Assembly: GCF_964355755.1 (NCBI RefSeq) | Contig: NC_092674.1 | Span: forward strand, 12,896,001-12,960,000 | Origin: Antedon mediterranea | Lineage: Eukaryota; Animalia; Echinodermata | Length of the DNA stretch: 64,000 nt | Reading direction: 5' to 3' | Translations under genes and position numbers: made by a program | Shown: positions 1-13,895 of the stretch, one piece after another | How positions within the stretch are numbered: position 1 is the first letter of the stretch | How the letters are laid out: each line of letters starts with the position of its first letter | Notes under the pieces: generated by a model | Told to the model about the DNA's origin: nothing | Database searches by the model: none | Seen by the model: the letters and a program-made list of their open reading frames with translations, nothing else

Positions 1-223
1 GTGGGCGAAAACGTCTTTTTTTTTTACATTTGTTGACGTTATCACATTTGTGGGCGATGATCATTTTCAAATTTGTGGGCGCTGTTTTCACATTAGTGGG
101 TGATGCGTTTTTACATCTGTGGTTATTTTCACATTTGTGGATGATGCGTTTTCACATTTGTGGTTGTTTTCACATTTGTGGTTGTTTTCACCTTTGTGGG
201 CGTTTTCACATTTGTGGGTTCAA
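1..223. repeat. Imperfect ~18-25 bp tandem array (core TTTTCACATTTGTGG), probably the repeat-rich end of a foldback-type DNA element cut by the window edge
   Basis: About 9 copies of CACATTTGTGG-like cores ending abruptly at ...GGGTTCAACA. ORF 30-329 is a by-product of the repeat. Confidence 0.6.
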
Positions 224-2249
224 CAAGACCTCCATAACTGCTGTAACATCAACATTTGAACAAGCAAACTGGGATAACCACATATTCATCACGAAATATC
301 CTGGGTTCTTTATCATCCCGTTTAATTAATGTAATTAGAATTATATGAACCATCCATTGCTATAAATTGTATTCCACCCTTCCACTGGATCAGTCACTTA
401 TAATTATGCACCTCAACAGCATTCTTACTGGATCAACCTCACCTGAATTACTCAACATAAAACATTGAAGAGTTCAATTGCGTGACACTTTACAAAATTG
501 CGCAATTGTTTTGTGGTCTGACGGATTAATTAACACTTTAAATTATAAAATTAAACACTTTTTAATCACACTGAAATATATAGCACATATTATTATTATT
601 AATGTGTGTACCACTTACTTTGTTCTGAAGATCCAATTTAGCACCTGCCTTCAGCAAAATGGCGCAAACATCCGTGTGGCCGTTTTGTGCAGCCATCTTT
701 AAAGGTGACCATCCATCCTGAAAAATTACAAACATTATGTTATAGTATTTTTCACTCTAAACAAGGTATTATATTATTGTCCTGAAATCAATACGATGTG
801 ATCAATTAAAAATGATGTTATAGATTTAAATAATGCTACATTGTTAAATTTAATAAAGAGTATAACCCTTTCTTTAAGATAAGTCATATCATATCATATA
901 TACTTTATTGTCCATTTAAAAAAACAGAAATGTGATTTGAAAACTGGCAAAATACAAAAATATAAATATAAAATACAATTTACAAAACACACACAAAAAG
1001 TTAAGAGGCTAAAAATTATTAAAATTAGATAAATAGGCCTATTATTATTATTTAATTATATTATGTGATTTATTATTTATTGCACTAACGATGATTTAAA
1101 GTTTATATAAAAGCATTAAAAATACATGCGTGAGCTATAAAAATAAACAAAAGCGGTATTGTATACGTATACATTTTTCTTTCTTGTATAACAATTTTTT
1201 ATAGTGCTTTATAAATGTATAAAACAATTATAAATAAGTGTGTTTTTTTGCCTGAAAAGTAAACACTTCATCCGGTAGTGCTAACTAGTCTGAGTGTAAA
1301 TTATGATAAAGTGACCTTTGAACTGGCAGTTACAGCTAACAATATTATATAGGCTCCAAATTCTGTTCAGGTAACACATTTAGACTGCTAAATTCTTACT
1401 ATTAGTTTAATGTTACTGTTACTTGGAGGAGATATATGTATTTTTTAAATATTTTATAATATCAAATACAAATCTCGATTTATATCCATTTATTGTATCA
1501 TTTTGCATAAAATGCAGTGTTGCTCTACAGCACAATACAATGCAAAAACAGAAAAATGAAGAACCACGAAATATCATTTTCTAACATCCAGTGCCCTAAA
1601 GACATATGGTAACAATGATTACGGATCTATTACGAGAGGTGATGGACCTTTTCTTTGAACGTCAAAATTGTGCATTGGATAGGTTGGGTTTTGCAAAATT
1701 AAATGTGTTTCCTCAGTAAAGTCTCTTATAAAAATGAATCAAATTGAGATCTGCTTAAGTACTGTACAGTAGTCCTATACGTGAAGCATAACTAACAATA
1801 CGTTCCACCAAAGTCTTACATGTGCCCCTGGTAAACTATAAAAAAATGAATAATGAGAATACTTTCAATGACAGATTTATAAAAAAAAAAAGACGTACAT
1901 GCCTAATGAGAGGGGTAACTCCAAAAGATTTGGATTTTTTACGCAAAGGTAAAGCCTATTTGATATTAGGTTATTTTCCTTTTTTTTCTGGGTTACTGTA
2001 TGGGTTGATAAATACTGTATGGGTTGAAAAGGTCGTAAGATGTTAGTTTATTAGTATAGAGTACTGCAAACCATAATAGTAGGTAACATTTGTAATTGAG
2101 GGCGTTTTATTTGACACGACAAAGCATGTGAACTCCCCAAAAACGTACCGTATCATAATGTAGTATATTTTAAATGTTGACATGACATAATAAACATTGA
2201 AAGGTCTTTCTAACAGATTTTATTCTCGGGGTACTCGGATGTTGTACTT

Positions 2250-3556
2250 AATTATTGTTTTATTTATTGTAATGCGCCGTGTTCTTTATATCTTTACATA
2301 GATTGTATATTGTTTTTTAATAAGCCGTGCGGAGGATTCAGGTATTTTCTCTTAGTATTAAAGGGTAACACCGCGGCTTTAAAATGTATATTACTTGTTA
2401 TAAACTATAAACCTTTTAATCAACATTGGTAATAACCCTGCCTAATTTTAGACAGCACTCAGGCAAAAGCTAAGTAGCTTCTTTAATAAAAGAAGTTCTA
2501 TAAGACAATACCACAGTACACGTGTGAAGTTGAACTAATTCGCCTTTAAAAATATCATAATTAAACTAAACTTTTTAAATATCTGATAATTAGAGCTGTG
2601 CGCGCGTGCAAATTAACAATAGAAATTAATGTTTATTTACTAAAGCTAACATTATGTTTCCTATTCGAGAAACGATGTTGTTATAGGGACCACACTAAGT
2701 AGTTTGTGTAACTTCATACTAACGATATGTTGAAACATTATGTTAATTTTTTTTTCTTTTACATAGACCTCATATGCGATGATTTGAAATTCAGATAATT
2801 TTAGTATTGATATTTTGTTACTGAGGTGTAGTAGTATGCTACATACAATGTGGATTGTTGAACATTTTAATTTATTGATGATGAAAATTATATCATTATT
2901 GTAACCGAATTTGTCATGATATACGATGAATTTAAATCAGTTTTTGCATCATGTTATAGTAGTATTATATTATTATTGTAACTGAATTAACATTGTTAAA
3001 GTTTTATAGAATACTGGTAAAATACTGGTAAGTAATGTCCCACACTCCACACTAAACTTGGCCATGTATTTAGTACTGAACATTGTATTACATTGACAAG
3101 TCAGAATGTTATAATGTACTTGGTATGGAAACTACACTAAATGACCAAATAGTGACATACACTTTTGTCAAATCATTTCCTGTTTTGAATCGTTGGATAG
3201 ATTTAAACTATGAAAGTATTTTAACAATAATATTGTTTTTACATTATACGTATGATGTAGTAATTATTTGTTTGTCAAGTAATGGTAAATGTATAATTTG
3301 TATAGTATCCCATATTGTATCTTTATGAACGCGTTATAATTTTTATTCTGTTCTGGTTCACTATGTGTAAAAGTGAAGATCAAAATAATTAAAATGTTTG
3401 ACTTAATCGTGATGTTTAAAATTATAATCATGAATAAATTGTCTCAATGATAATATTTAAAGTAATCTTTTCTTTTTTTTATATGTCATTTGACCCAAGC
3501 CTAAATATGAAAGCATTCTTTAGAAAATAAATAGTAGGCCTACATAATCAGAATGT
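2250..3556 (+). repeat. ~1.3 kb direct repeat, copy 1 (paralog of 5487-6800)
   Basis: Colinear match from TTTATTTATTGTAATGCGCCGTGTTC to TTTAGAAAATAAATAGTA. ORFs 3083 and 6321 are near-identical translations. Roughly 85-90% identity by eye. Confidence 0.9.
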
Positions 3557-3609
3557 GGATATTGGTATAATAGGAATAATTTAATGACTTTCTCTCTTTA
3601 AACTGTGGT

Positions 3610-4626
3610 CATAAATTGCCTATTCTAACAGCGGCGTGTGAAAATAAAGCGGGTATGCCTGTGTGGAAAGGTTTAGTAGACAATAATATTACCGAAGTTT
3701 TGCGTGACTCTGGGTGTAGTAGTGTCGTGGTGAAACGATCCTTTGTGAAATCGGAACCACTAGTGGGAGAATTTAGTACGTGTGTATTGATAGATGGAAC
3801 TGTAAGGCGTTTTCCTATAGCTAATATTAATATTAATACTCCATTTTTGTCAGGACCGGTAAAGGCGAGTTGTATGGAAAAGCCTGTGTTTGGATTAATT
3901 ATTGGAAATGTTACAGGGGTAATGGATCCGAATGATCCTGAAGAAAATTGGGCCCTTAATAACGGTAGAAGAAAAGAGAATAAAATGTCGTTAATCAATG
4001 ATATCGAAAATGCAGAACCATCCGGTGCCATGATGACTAGAAGCCAGCACAATTCCGTGAGAAAACACCTTAAACAATTAAAAGTAGCTACTCCTATACC
4101 AATTGATGTGACTCATGAAAGATTAATCGAAGACCAGTATAATGATTTTACATTGGGGAAAGTTAGAGATTTGGCCAAAAAGGGGAGATAAACAAATGAC
4201 TAGAAATGGAAATTACTTTTAATACATATTTAGTGACGGAATTTCGTGGAGAGAGTTGTTGTCTCCTAAGGTGGAATTCGGTAATTTAGTAAGACAAGTA
4301 GTTGTTCCTAAAACTCTTAGAGGGGTAGTTTTGCAGTGGGCCCATGAATCTGTATTAGGTGGTCACCTCGGTGTTAAGAAAATCACTGACAACATTTTAA
4401 CAATTTTTTGTTGGCCTGGGTTGCAATCCGATGTAAGTAGATTTTGCCAGTTGTGCGACATATGACAGCAAACCGTATCTAAAGGAAGGGTCCTTAAAGT
4501 ACCATTGGGCAAAATACCTACAATCGAGGAACCGTTCGAAAGAGTAGGTGTAGATTTAGTAGGGCCAATTAAACCCATGACAAAAAGGGGATATCGATAT
4601 ATTTTGGTGTTGATAGATTATGCGAC
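3610..4626 (+). pseudogene. Degraded Ty3/Gypsy pol fragment: aspartic protease followed directly by integrase (Gmr1-like domain order)
   Basis: Protease motif VLRDSGCSSVVV. Integrase HHCC zinc finger AHESVLGGHLG...CQLCDI. Core start PFERVGVDLVGPI...YRYILVLIDYAT. Stops at 4189 and 4463. Truncated at an A-run. Confidence 0.85.
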
Positions 4627-5486
4627 AAAAAAAAAACAAACAAAAACAGCTATTTTGTGGAGGTTTTTTCAATGTAACTTTCTTATAAATTGACCGATTT
4701 TTATGGCTGTTTCGACATTGTAATGTCTATTTGAGTACCTACAATGTCATGTTATTTTTAATTGTTAAAACAACTTTAAACGTCGTCGGCATTGATTTTT
4801 AAAGTTAGACGATTTGAAAATTGTGTTAAAGAATAGGCTTGTTTTGTCAATTTGTACATAAACGTTTATAACGTTTGACCTAGTTATCCAATGATATTGG
4901 CTGTTCCACCATGCAAAAGCTAATCAATCAATCACGAAATGTAAGAGTTATTATCCCTTATTTTTAATATGTTAAATGTATTTAAGATTAAGGTACAGGA
5001 TTATTTATATAAGTAGTTTTAAAACACTTGGTTTATTTGAAAATCACCAGCGTGGCTTTGCCGTATTGGTGGACTCGTCCATTTTACTAATATGAATAGT
5101 ATTGTAGCACATTTATATAAAACGTTGAATTTGACCTATACGGTTTCCATTTCTGTTTTTTAATGTAAAATTAAAATTATATTATTAGTATCTCTATGTA
5201 ATATAATCACATTGTACTATACTAGTTAGCATCTACATACCGTTATACTGCACTTTGTTTTGATGATTTTTTAATGAAATTGTATACACAGGGAGTTGGT
5301 ATACCATTGGTTCTACTAAAATTATTATTACTTTTATTTGTTTGTGCAATATTTGAAGATTGCTACACAAATAGAAATAATTTAAATATAATATATTTAA
5401 CAGATTAAGTGTACGCACTATGCCTATGGAACAGATTACCTATCGGACGTAGTTTAGTATGACACATCTGATATTCTATTATTATA

Positions 5487-6800
5487 ATTATTTTGTTTTA
5501 TTTATTGTAATGCGCCGTGTTCTTTATATTTTTGATTGTATATTGTTTTTCAATAAGCGTGTGGAGGATTCAGGTAATTTCTCTTAGTATTAAAGCGTAA
5601 CACCGCGGCTTTAAAATGTATATTACTTATTATAAAATATAAACCTTTTAATCAACATTGGTATAACCGTCCCTAATTTTAGACAGCACTCAGGCAAAAG
5701 TTTAGTAGCTTCTTTAAAAAAAAGTTGAAAGACAATTCTACAGTCTGTACGCGTGTGAAGTGGAACTAATTCGCCTTTAAATACTAGTTTTAAAACATCA
5801 TAGTTAATTAACCTTTTAAATAGCTGATAATCAAAGATGTGCGTGCGTGCGTGCAAATTAAGAATAGAAATTAATATTTATTTACTAAAGCTAACATTAT
5901 GTTTTCTATTCGAAAAACGTTGTTGTTATGGAACACAGTAAGTGATTGGTGTAACTTCACACTGACGATATATTGAAACATTATATTAATCAGTCTCCTT
6001 TATATAGACCTTGGTCATATGCGATGATTTGAAATTCAGATAGTTTTAGTATTGATATAATGTTACTGAGGTGTAGTAGTATGCCACATGCAATGTGGAT
6101 TGTTGAACATTTTAATGTATTGATGATAAAAAGTATATTATTATTGTAACCGAATTTGTCATGATATACGATTAATTTAAATCAGTTTTTGCATCATGTT
6201 ATGAGGTATAGTAGTATTATATAATTATTGTAACCGAATTAACATTTTGAAAGTTTTATAGAATACAAATACTGGTCCGACACTCCACACTAAACATGGC
6301 CATGCATTTAATACTAAACATTGTATTACATTGACAAGTCAGAATGTTATAATGTACTTGGTATCGAAACTATACTGAATGACCAAAAGGTGACATACAC
6401 TTTTGCCAAATCATATCCTGTTTTGTATCGTTGGATAGATTTAAACTATGAAAATATTTTAACAATAATATTGTTTGTACATTATACGTATGATGCAATA
6501 GTAATTCCTTGTTTGTCACTGAAAGTAATGGTAAAGGTATATTTTGTATAGTGTCCCATATCGTATCTTTATGAACGCGTTATAATTTTGATTCTGTTCT
6601 GGTTCACTATGTGTAAAAGTGAAGATCAAAATAATTAAAATTTTAGACTTAATCGTGATCTTTGAAATTATAATCATGAATAAATTGTCTCAATGTTAAT
6701 ATTTAAAGTAATCTTTTCTTTATTTTATATGTCATTTGACCCAAGCCTAAATAATATGAAAGCATTCTTTAGAAAATAAATAGTACATAATCCGAATGGG
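5487..6800 (+). repeat. ~1.3 kb direct repeat, copy 2 (paralog of 2250-3556)
   Basis: Colinear with copy 1 over its full length. Confidence 0.9.
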
Positions 6801-6930
6801 ATGGCAACAGATTTCCAACTGATTTTCACTAGACCAAACATTTCTGTTGGCAAACGCTGTTTACACAAATTATTTAATATCTTGATATGTAGTGCTTTGA
6901 TGGTAAACCAGTAATGTAAACTTACGTCTT

Positions 6931-6974
6931 GCAAGACAGTTTCATCTAGCTATCAGCTTGACTTCTTCAGTTGC
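6931..6974 (-). ncRNA. Minimal type I hammerhead ribozyme motif (Penelope-like element type)
   Basis: Minus strand reads GCAA-CUGAAGA-A-GUCAAGCU-GAU-AGCUAGAU-GAAA-CU-GUC-UUGC. It has a complete core, a 4-bp stem I, a 7/8-paired stem II, a GUC cleavage triplet and a vestigial quasi-palindromic stem III. Confidence 0.7.
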
Positions 6975-7815
6975 TATGCGTCATTATGGCGCCGATTGGT
7001 CTCCTTTCCAGCCACTGGATGTTTTTGTTGTGTAGCGATTAAGTTTTTAATTTTGTTAGATGGTGTAAAGTATGTCCGTATGTTATATTTTTTAACTAGT
7101 TGGCCTTTTTTCTACCCAACTAAGCCATATATTTTCAAAATATAAATGTAATTTCTGAGGATTTAGCAGCTCTATTTTGTTCAAAATGTTCTTAACCCAG
7201 CCCCAAACAAACCTGCAATTTGTTTTAGACTGGATGATAAAGATTTCGATAATTAGGAAACAATCGTCCGTATTATGCATAACGTTATGAAACACGTATA
7301 TAAATATACATAGGCCAACAGTAATTTAGTTTGCTTATACCTACGGTCATCACAAGTGGGATAGACAGCCATTTCACGACAGTAATTGTAATAATATGAA
7401 GAACATGATAAGAGAATTTTAAAATAAGTTAGTTTGATTATGTTACTTATTTTAGTTTATGTTATGTTTGAAAGTATTTTCACGGACACAAAATCAAACA
7501 GCTTAGAAATGCTCCATTAAGTATACCGTTTTATTCAATGATTGAATATGTGTGTATGGTACGTATGGTAACTGAAAATAACATTAACAGAAAGTATAAT
7601 TCCTTCAAATTGATATTCAAATACAGTAGTACATATAAAATACTTTAAACCTTGCTATCATATAAATATGATTATATATGCTATATTATTGTTAATTAAA
7701 TTGTTACATAGTTTGTTGTTTACCTACAGTATCTTTTATAGTATGACATAACTTACAAAGCTGTGAGCCTATGGATTCAGCACAATGAAAAACATATGTG
7801 AATTTCTACTGTTAA

Positions 7816-8441
7816 AGCCCCATTCCCTACGTTTTTTAGATCTAATTTAAGATCACAAACTATATTTAATGTAAAAATAATACTATATGGTCCTATTGCG
7901 ATAACTTTTTTCGTCTTTAAACGGTTAAAAATGTGAAAAATAAGTCGATTCTAATAATTATAGCGGCCCGCTATAAATCCCAAAATGCATTGCGCGCGGA
8001 TTGATATTTTTGTTTTTCTTCTGTAATTCACCCACTTTTCGATCGATCGTGAGGCCAAAACAAATGGAAGAGTCCTAACTTTTCAGCGAAAATACCGGGT
8101 TTTCCCCAATTTGTATCAACGGAGTCTGGCAAAAATAGAAAGACAATTAATGCAGCAACTATACAACGTCAGGCTAGGTATATAGCTCGCGTACGATGTT
8201 CGTACGTTACCGATGTTTACCAGCTAGGCCTACAAAACTAAGCCTAGCTAGGCTAGGCCTAAGACCGTCCACGAGAGGTCGATCGCCGCGAGCTACTTAG
8301 GTAGTGCATTGTTTCTCACTTTTTATCATAATTTACCATAAAACGTACATTTAAGACAAGGAATGACATGGTTTAATGTTTTTAAAGTGATATAAATGTA
8401 TTATTTTCCAAAAAACGTCCAAAATTGCAGGGAAGGGGTCT
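7816..8441 (+). mobile_element. Non-autonomous MITE with TTAA TSD (Kolobok-like, AG...CT termini)
   Basis: TTAA|AGCCCCATTCCCTAC ... GCAGGGAAGGGGTCT|TTAA. A second, inverted copy lies at ~61985-62370. Confidence 0.75.
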
Positions 8442-8851
8442 TTAAACTTTAATACCTATGAATGAGAAAACTATAACTGACAATCTACGAAATCTATAAA
8501 ACTATTAAAAAGTACAAAATACAACAAATGTAAGCATTAAGGGATCACCCTAAACATAACCATCAGAAAGGTACATCCAGTCGCCTTTTCAACACTATCC
8601 CTGTTGCCATAGCAACTAAGAAGAAACCATCCCGCAAACCTAGGCTATACATCATCTCGCGCACATGTGTGCATACTGTGTGGAACTAGTTCACCCTTCG
8701 AACTAGCCTATACACAATCAAAACTATTATATAGATTCTCAAAATGCAATAACATTAATATCCATAGTATCCTAAATATATCTAAAACAAGCTGATTCAA
8801 CAATTATAGTGATTTATCCATTTTAAACTAATATTTCTTACCTATAAAGGT

Positions 8852-11210
8852 GGTGTCAGATGAAATCGGTCGCGCTTGAAATCGGTCGCGTTTGAAATCG
8901 GTCGCGATAAAATCAACTTCCGGTATTTTGTATGGCGCGCCGCTAGAGCTATACTTTTGATTATATCGGTCGCGTTTGAAATCGGTCGCGCTATTTTGTA
9001 TGGATCGGGCGGGATGCGATGCATTTTTCGTTTATATAGATTTAATTGATATTTTTTAGGAACTAGATTATTTATGTGGATATTTTTTACTTGGTTAATA
9101 AATATTTATTATCAATCATTAAATTAATTTTTTTTTTGTATTTCACAGGTCTCGGAGAAGGACTGTCTTTTCAAAATGGCTATTTCTAAACACGTTTAAA
9201 TATTATATTAGGCATAATGTTATATTAGGCATAAAATAATTTACCTCTATTTATATGTACTGTAATTAATATATTATATAAAGAATATACGTCTGTCGTG
9301 TCTTTTATTATGCAAACAATTAGGCCTACGTATGGTTTTAGGTTATTAATGAAATATATAGATAATATGCCGTTATAAATCAATCTACCGGCCTACAGAG
9401 GACTATGATGTACAATGATAGATGTGCGAATAATTGATTGATTGAAATTTATATTTATACTGGGTAACCTCTTCAGTCAAAGACTGGTCTCCCAGAAGGC
9501 CCAGTTGGTGATCAATGGCTGTGATGTACTAATACTCGTCTCGAAAGATGTACTAGGTTTTTTAAAGTGCACACGAGCTAGATGTATGTGTACACTGGAC
9601 CTACGGTTTATCCGAGAAGACTCGTTCTACCACCAGAACCATGGAGTGAGTGAGCCTCGAACCCCTGCCGATGTTATGGCTACGTAATTACGGTTCCACT
9701 GTCTTAACCGCTCGGCCACTCACTCACATAATAATGTATGGATAACGTGGACACGATTCTCAAAGAGGTAATCTGCACTGATATTTAAACATTTAGATTT
9801 ACGAACGGCGTATGAATGCGAGACACTGAGTTGCACTTACTTAATTATTTACATTAAATGATTATTATAAATGAAGAAATAAAAGATGTTCAAATTAAAA
9901 TCTATAGTATCGCCGACGTATATACGTAAATTCGTATTTTTCATACTGTCAAATTATAGAAAAAGTGCTTTATTCGGAATTATTATGGATCCTGTGAGCC
10001 TGTGAGCTACAGCGATTTTAATTGCTTTTGTTTTCCTTGCCTCCTTATATTTCCACGTGTCTTGATTTGGTTACCTATGTTTTAAATGTATTTCGATTTT
10101 AAAGGCTAAATAAAGAATGAATGAATGAACATGATCTCATAATCGCGTCGAGCATCTATAGCTCATTGGATCGTTTCACAAAAACACGTGCAGGAGGCCT
10201 ATAGACGTTTCAAACATGGTTATTAGTAATAGACGTCATCTTTACTTCGCCATGGACAACGATCGTACGTGTTTTGTCCATGATTTGACACACTAACAAG
10301 TGCGTGTTTTTTAAAAAGGGGAAACCCCGTCAGCAAAATAACGTATTGTTAGAGGAAACAGCTGCACGATCATAGAAGGCGCATCTCCAATATGGCTTAT
10401 TCGGGGGTTTATTTCAGTAACTCGTCTTTTAACCATATGCATATAATGATCATTTTACTAAAACATTAGAGATAAAAGTATACACGTGATTTGCCTCAAC
10501 AATAATCATTATACACTTAATATTATCCTACATAACGGATAGAAATAAAATAGAAATAAAAATAAGGTGATCGAATTGTATGTTGTTAACGACATGGATA
10601 TGATATAATCTGCCACAGTATGCATAAGTATAAAAATGGATACGCTGGCTTTATGGGCTATATTGTAAAAATTATTGTTTTTAAATAAATTGTTCTCTTA
10701 CGTAATTGTTTGCATAATAAAAGACACTACAGACCTATATTCTCTACATAATATATTAATTACAGTACATATAAATAGAGGTAAATTATGATATGCCTAA
10801 TATAACATTATGCCTAATATAATATTTAAACGTGTTTAGAAATGGCCATATTTTGAAAAGACACAGTCCTTCTCCGATACCTGTGAAATACAAAACAAAA
10901 TTAATTAATTTAATGATTGATAATAAATATTTATTAACCAAGTAAAAAATATCCACATAAATAATCTAGTTACTACAAAATATCAATTAAATCTACATAA
11001 ACAAAAAATGTATATCCCGCTCTAGCATGCATCCCGCTCGATCCATACAAAATAGCGCGACCGATTTCAAACGCGACCGATTTCAAACGTGACCGATATA
11101 ATCAAAAGTATAGCTCTAGCGGCGCGCCATACAAAATACCGGAAGTTGATTTTATCGCGACCGATTTCAAACGCGACCGATTTCAGACGCGACCGATTTC
11201 ATCGTAAACC
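8852..11210. mobile_element. Non-autonomous foldback DNA transposon with ~430-460 bp TIRs, GG...CC termini and an 8-bp TSD (Merlin- or Mutator-like)
   Basis: TSD ATAAAGGT at 8844-8851 and 11211-11218. Arms ~8852-9278 and ~10749-11210 are reverse complements and carry internal GAAATCGGTCGCG repeats. Confidence 0.85.
9434..9728 (-). mobile_element. tRNA-derived SINE nested in the foldback element
   Basis: Minus strand: A box TGGCCGAGCGG, B box GGTTCGAGGCT, central GATAAACCGTAGGTCC...GCACTTTAAAAAACC segment reminiscent of a Meta/MESC core (inference), and a (CAAT)n tail. Confidence 0.75.
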
Positions 11211-12479
11211 ATAAAGGTACGACTGAAGTTTATGACTGATTCATCTAACAACTATAGGCAAAACAGGGCCGCGAAAAGTTACAATATGAAACGCCACAAA
11301 TATTGTATGGAAGGCAACTGCGGCCAGCATAAGTATAGGCCTAGGCTTTGCTTGCTTTGGTCGGCTCCACGTTGAGTAGGCTATGGGTACTAAAATGAAT
11401 TGAGGGCACAGGTTAACTTTAATTGTTGGGTGTGTTCCTATCCTAAATACAACGCAATATAACAAAATTCAACCATTTCAAAAACTTTTTTATTTTTAGT
11501 GTAGGCCTATACCTTCACTTTTTATGTAGGCCTAATGTTATACCTTTTCAAAGTATTTTACTATAATATTATTGTATACAATACATTCAATTTTTAAGGT
11601 TTTTTTCATACATTTTTAAACATATTTTACTATAAACTTTTACGACAGTATTTTTCAATATTTTATCTCACGTTTTCTGCTTTTATGGTTATATTTTTTT
11701 TATTTTTTACCATTTAAATCCATTTTATGTGTATTTTTCTTGTTATCTTGTATACATTATATGTTGACAATGATTTTGAAAAAAAATAAAATGAATGAAT
11801 GAATACCATTGTTTATTTCATCAATTGAGAATGAGCGTGTTTGATATAATTGGAATCACGTTTACTGGATTATTAAATCTAATCCTTAGCCTATTTCACA
11901 TTGTATGCATTCACGTATCATGTACAATACTATCTACCATTAATTCAAATAAATTTTCCACAAGTGTATAAACACACACGGCCTACCTTATTCTGAACAT
12001 TCCCATCAGAGCCTGCTATATGCAGAATATTGCAAATATCTGTACAACCTTATTGTGCAGCACAATGCAACGGCGCATTTCCATCCATTTCCATGAAATA
12101 GATCAAACACGTATATGTATTGAAAATTGTATCACTGCATGTAGGCATTGCAGAAAATGCTATCAATTGAAATGTGTTTCTAATTTGAATTTAAATTCTA
12201 TCGTATTTCTATCTATTACTAAATATTATTTAGTTAGTCGTTCTGCCAAAAAAAGCTAACACTGTTGATGGTGTTTAGTTTATAGTTTAATGTTCAATTA
12301 TTGTAAGAATACCTATAATATATTAATATACTATACTATACATTCACAGCAAAATTTGAAATTCTAAGCAAGAAAAAAAAATCTTGTTTTAAGAAAAAAT
12401 TCTTAAAATAAGTATTTTTTTTCTTGTCAAGATTTAAAATTACTTAAAACAAGAAATAATTTTCTAGAAAAGACACATT

Positions 12480-13895
12480 TTCTTAAATTAAGTTTTGCAA
12501 TATTCTTGAAAATGCTTATTACAAGAAATATTTTACTTAAAATAAGAAGTCAATATCATTCTCTTCTTATTAAGAATAGTTTTACTTAAAACAAGATTTG
12601 AAAATACTTAATTTGAAAAGTATTTTACTTAAAATAAGAAATCTATATTTTATTTATCCTTATCAAGAATAATTTTTCTTAAATCAAGATTGATGAATTA
12701 TAAAAATTACTTAAAACAATCAATATTTTTCTAGGTAAGACAAAGTTTCTTAAATTAGGTTTCGCAATAGTCTTGAAAATACTTGTTTTGAGAAATATTT
12801 TACTTAAAATAAGAAGTCAATTTCACACTACCCTTATCAAGATTATTTTTACTTGAATCAAGATTCGCAATATTCTTGAAAATGCTTATTACAAGAAATA
12901 TTTTACTTAAAATAAGAAGTCAATATCATTCTCTTCTTATTAAGAATAGTTTTGCTTAAAACAAGATTTGAAAATACTTAATTTGAAAAGTATTTTACTT
13001 AAAATAAGAAATCAATATTATATTTATCCCTATCAAGAATAATTTTTCTTAAATCAAGATTGATGAATTCTAAAAATTACTTAAAACAATAAATATTTTT
13101 CTAGGTAAGACAAAGTTTCTTAAATTAGGTTTCGCAATATTCTTAAAAATACTTATTTTGAGAAATGTTTTACTTAAAATAAGAAGTCAATATCATACTA
13201 TCTTATCAAGACTATTTTTGCTTAAATTGAGATTCGCAATATTTTTAAAAATACTTATTTTGAGAAATGTTTTACTTAAAATAAGAAGTCAATATCATAC
13301 TATCTTATCAAGACTATTTTTACTTGAATCAAGATTCGCAATATTCTTAAAAATACTTATTTCGAGAAATGTTTTACTTAAAATAAGAAGTCAATATCAT
13401 ACTATCTTATCAAGACTATTTTTGCTTAAATTGAGATTCGCAATATTTTAAAAAATACTTATTTTGAAAAATGTTTTACTTAAAATAAGAAGTCAATATC
13501 ATACTATCCTATCAAGACTATTTTTGCTTGAATTCCGATTCGCAATATTCTGATTTTGAGAAATGTTTTACTTAAAATAAGAAGTCAATATCATACTATC
13601 TTATCAAGACTATTTTTACTTGAATCAAGATTCGCAATATTCTTTAAAATACTTATTTTGAGAAATGTTTTACTTAAAATAAGAAGTCAATATCATACTA
13701 TCTTATCAAGACTATTTTTGCTTAAATTGAGATTCGCAATATTTTTAAAAATACTTATTTTGAGAAATGGTTTACTTAAGATAAGAAGTCAATATCATAC
13801 TATATCCTATCAAGACTATTTTTGCTTGAATTGAAGTCAATTCTATTTTAATATTCTTAAAAATACTTATTTTGAGAAATGTTTTACTTAAAATA
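12480..13895. repeat. Left subterminal tandem array of element C, ~111-bp unit in its regular part
   Basis: ORFs 13158 and 13556 show a 37-aa periodicity. The motif TTTTACTTAAAATAAGAAGTCAATATC recurs. Confidence 0.9.

Noticed and set aside
699-730. TTAAAGGTG start of a Kolobok-like MITE
   Set aside because: No convincing matching right TIR was found.
5958-5990. CTGACGA...GAAA as a hammerhead
   Set aside because: There is no stable stem II or stem I, and the paralog at ~2719 has a broken core.
9640-9728. tRNA gene
   Set aside because: A and B boxes are present but I cannot fold a proper cloverleaf, and the sequence continues into a SINE body and microsatellite tail.
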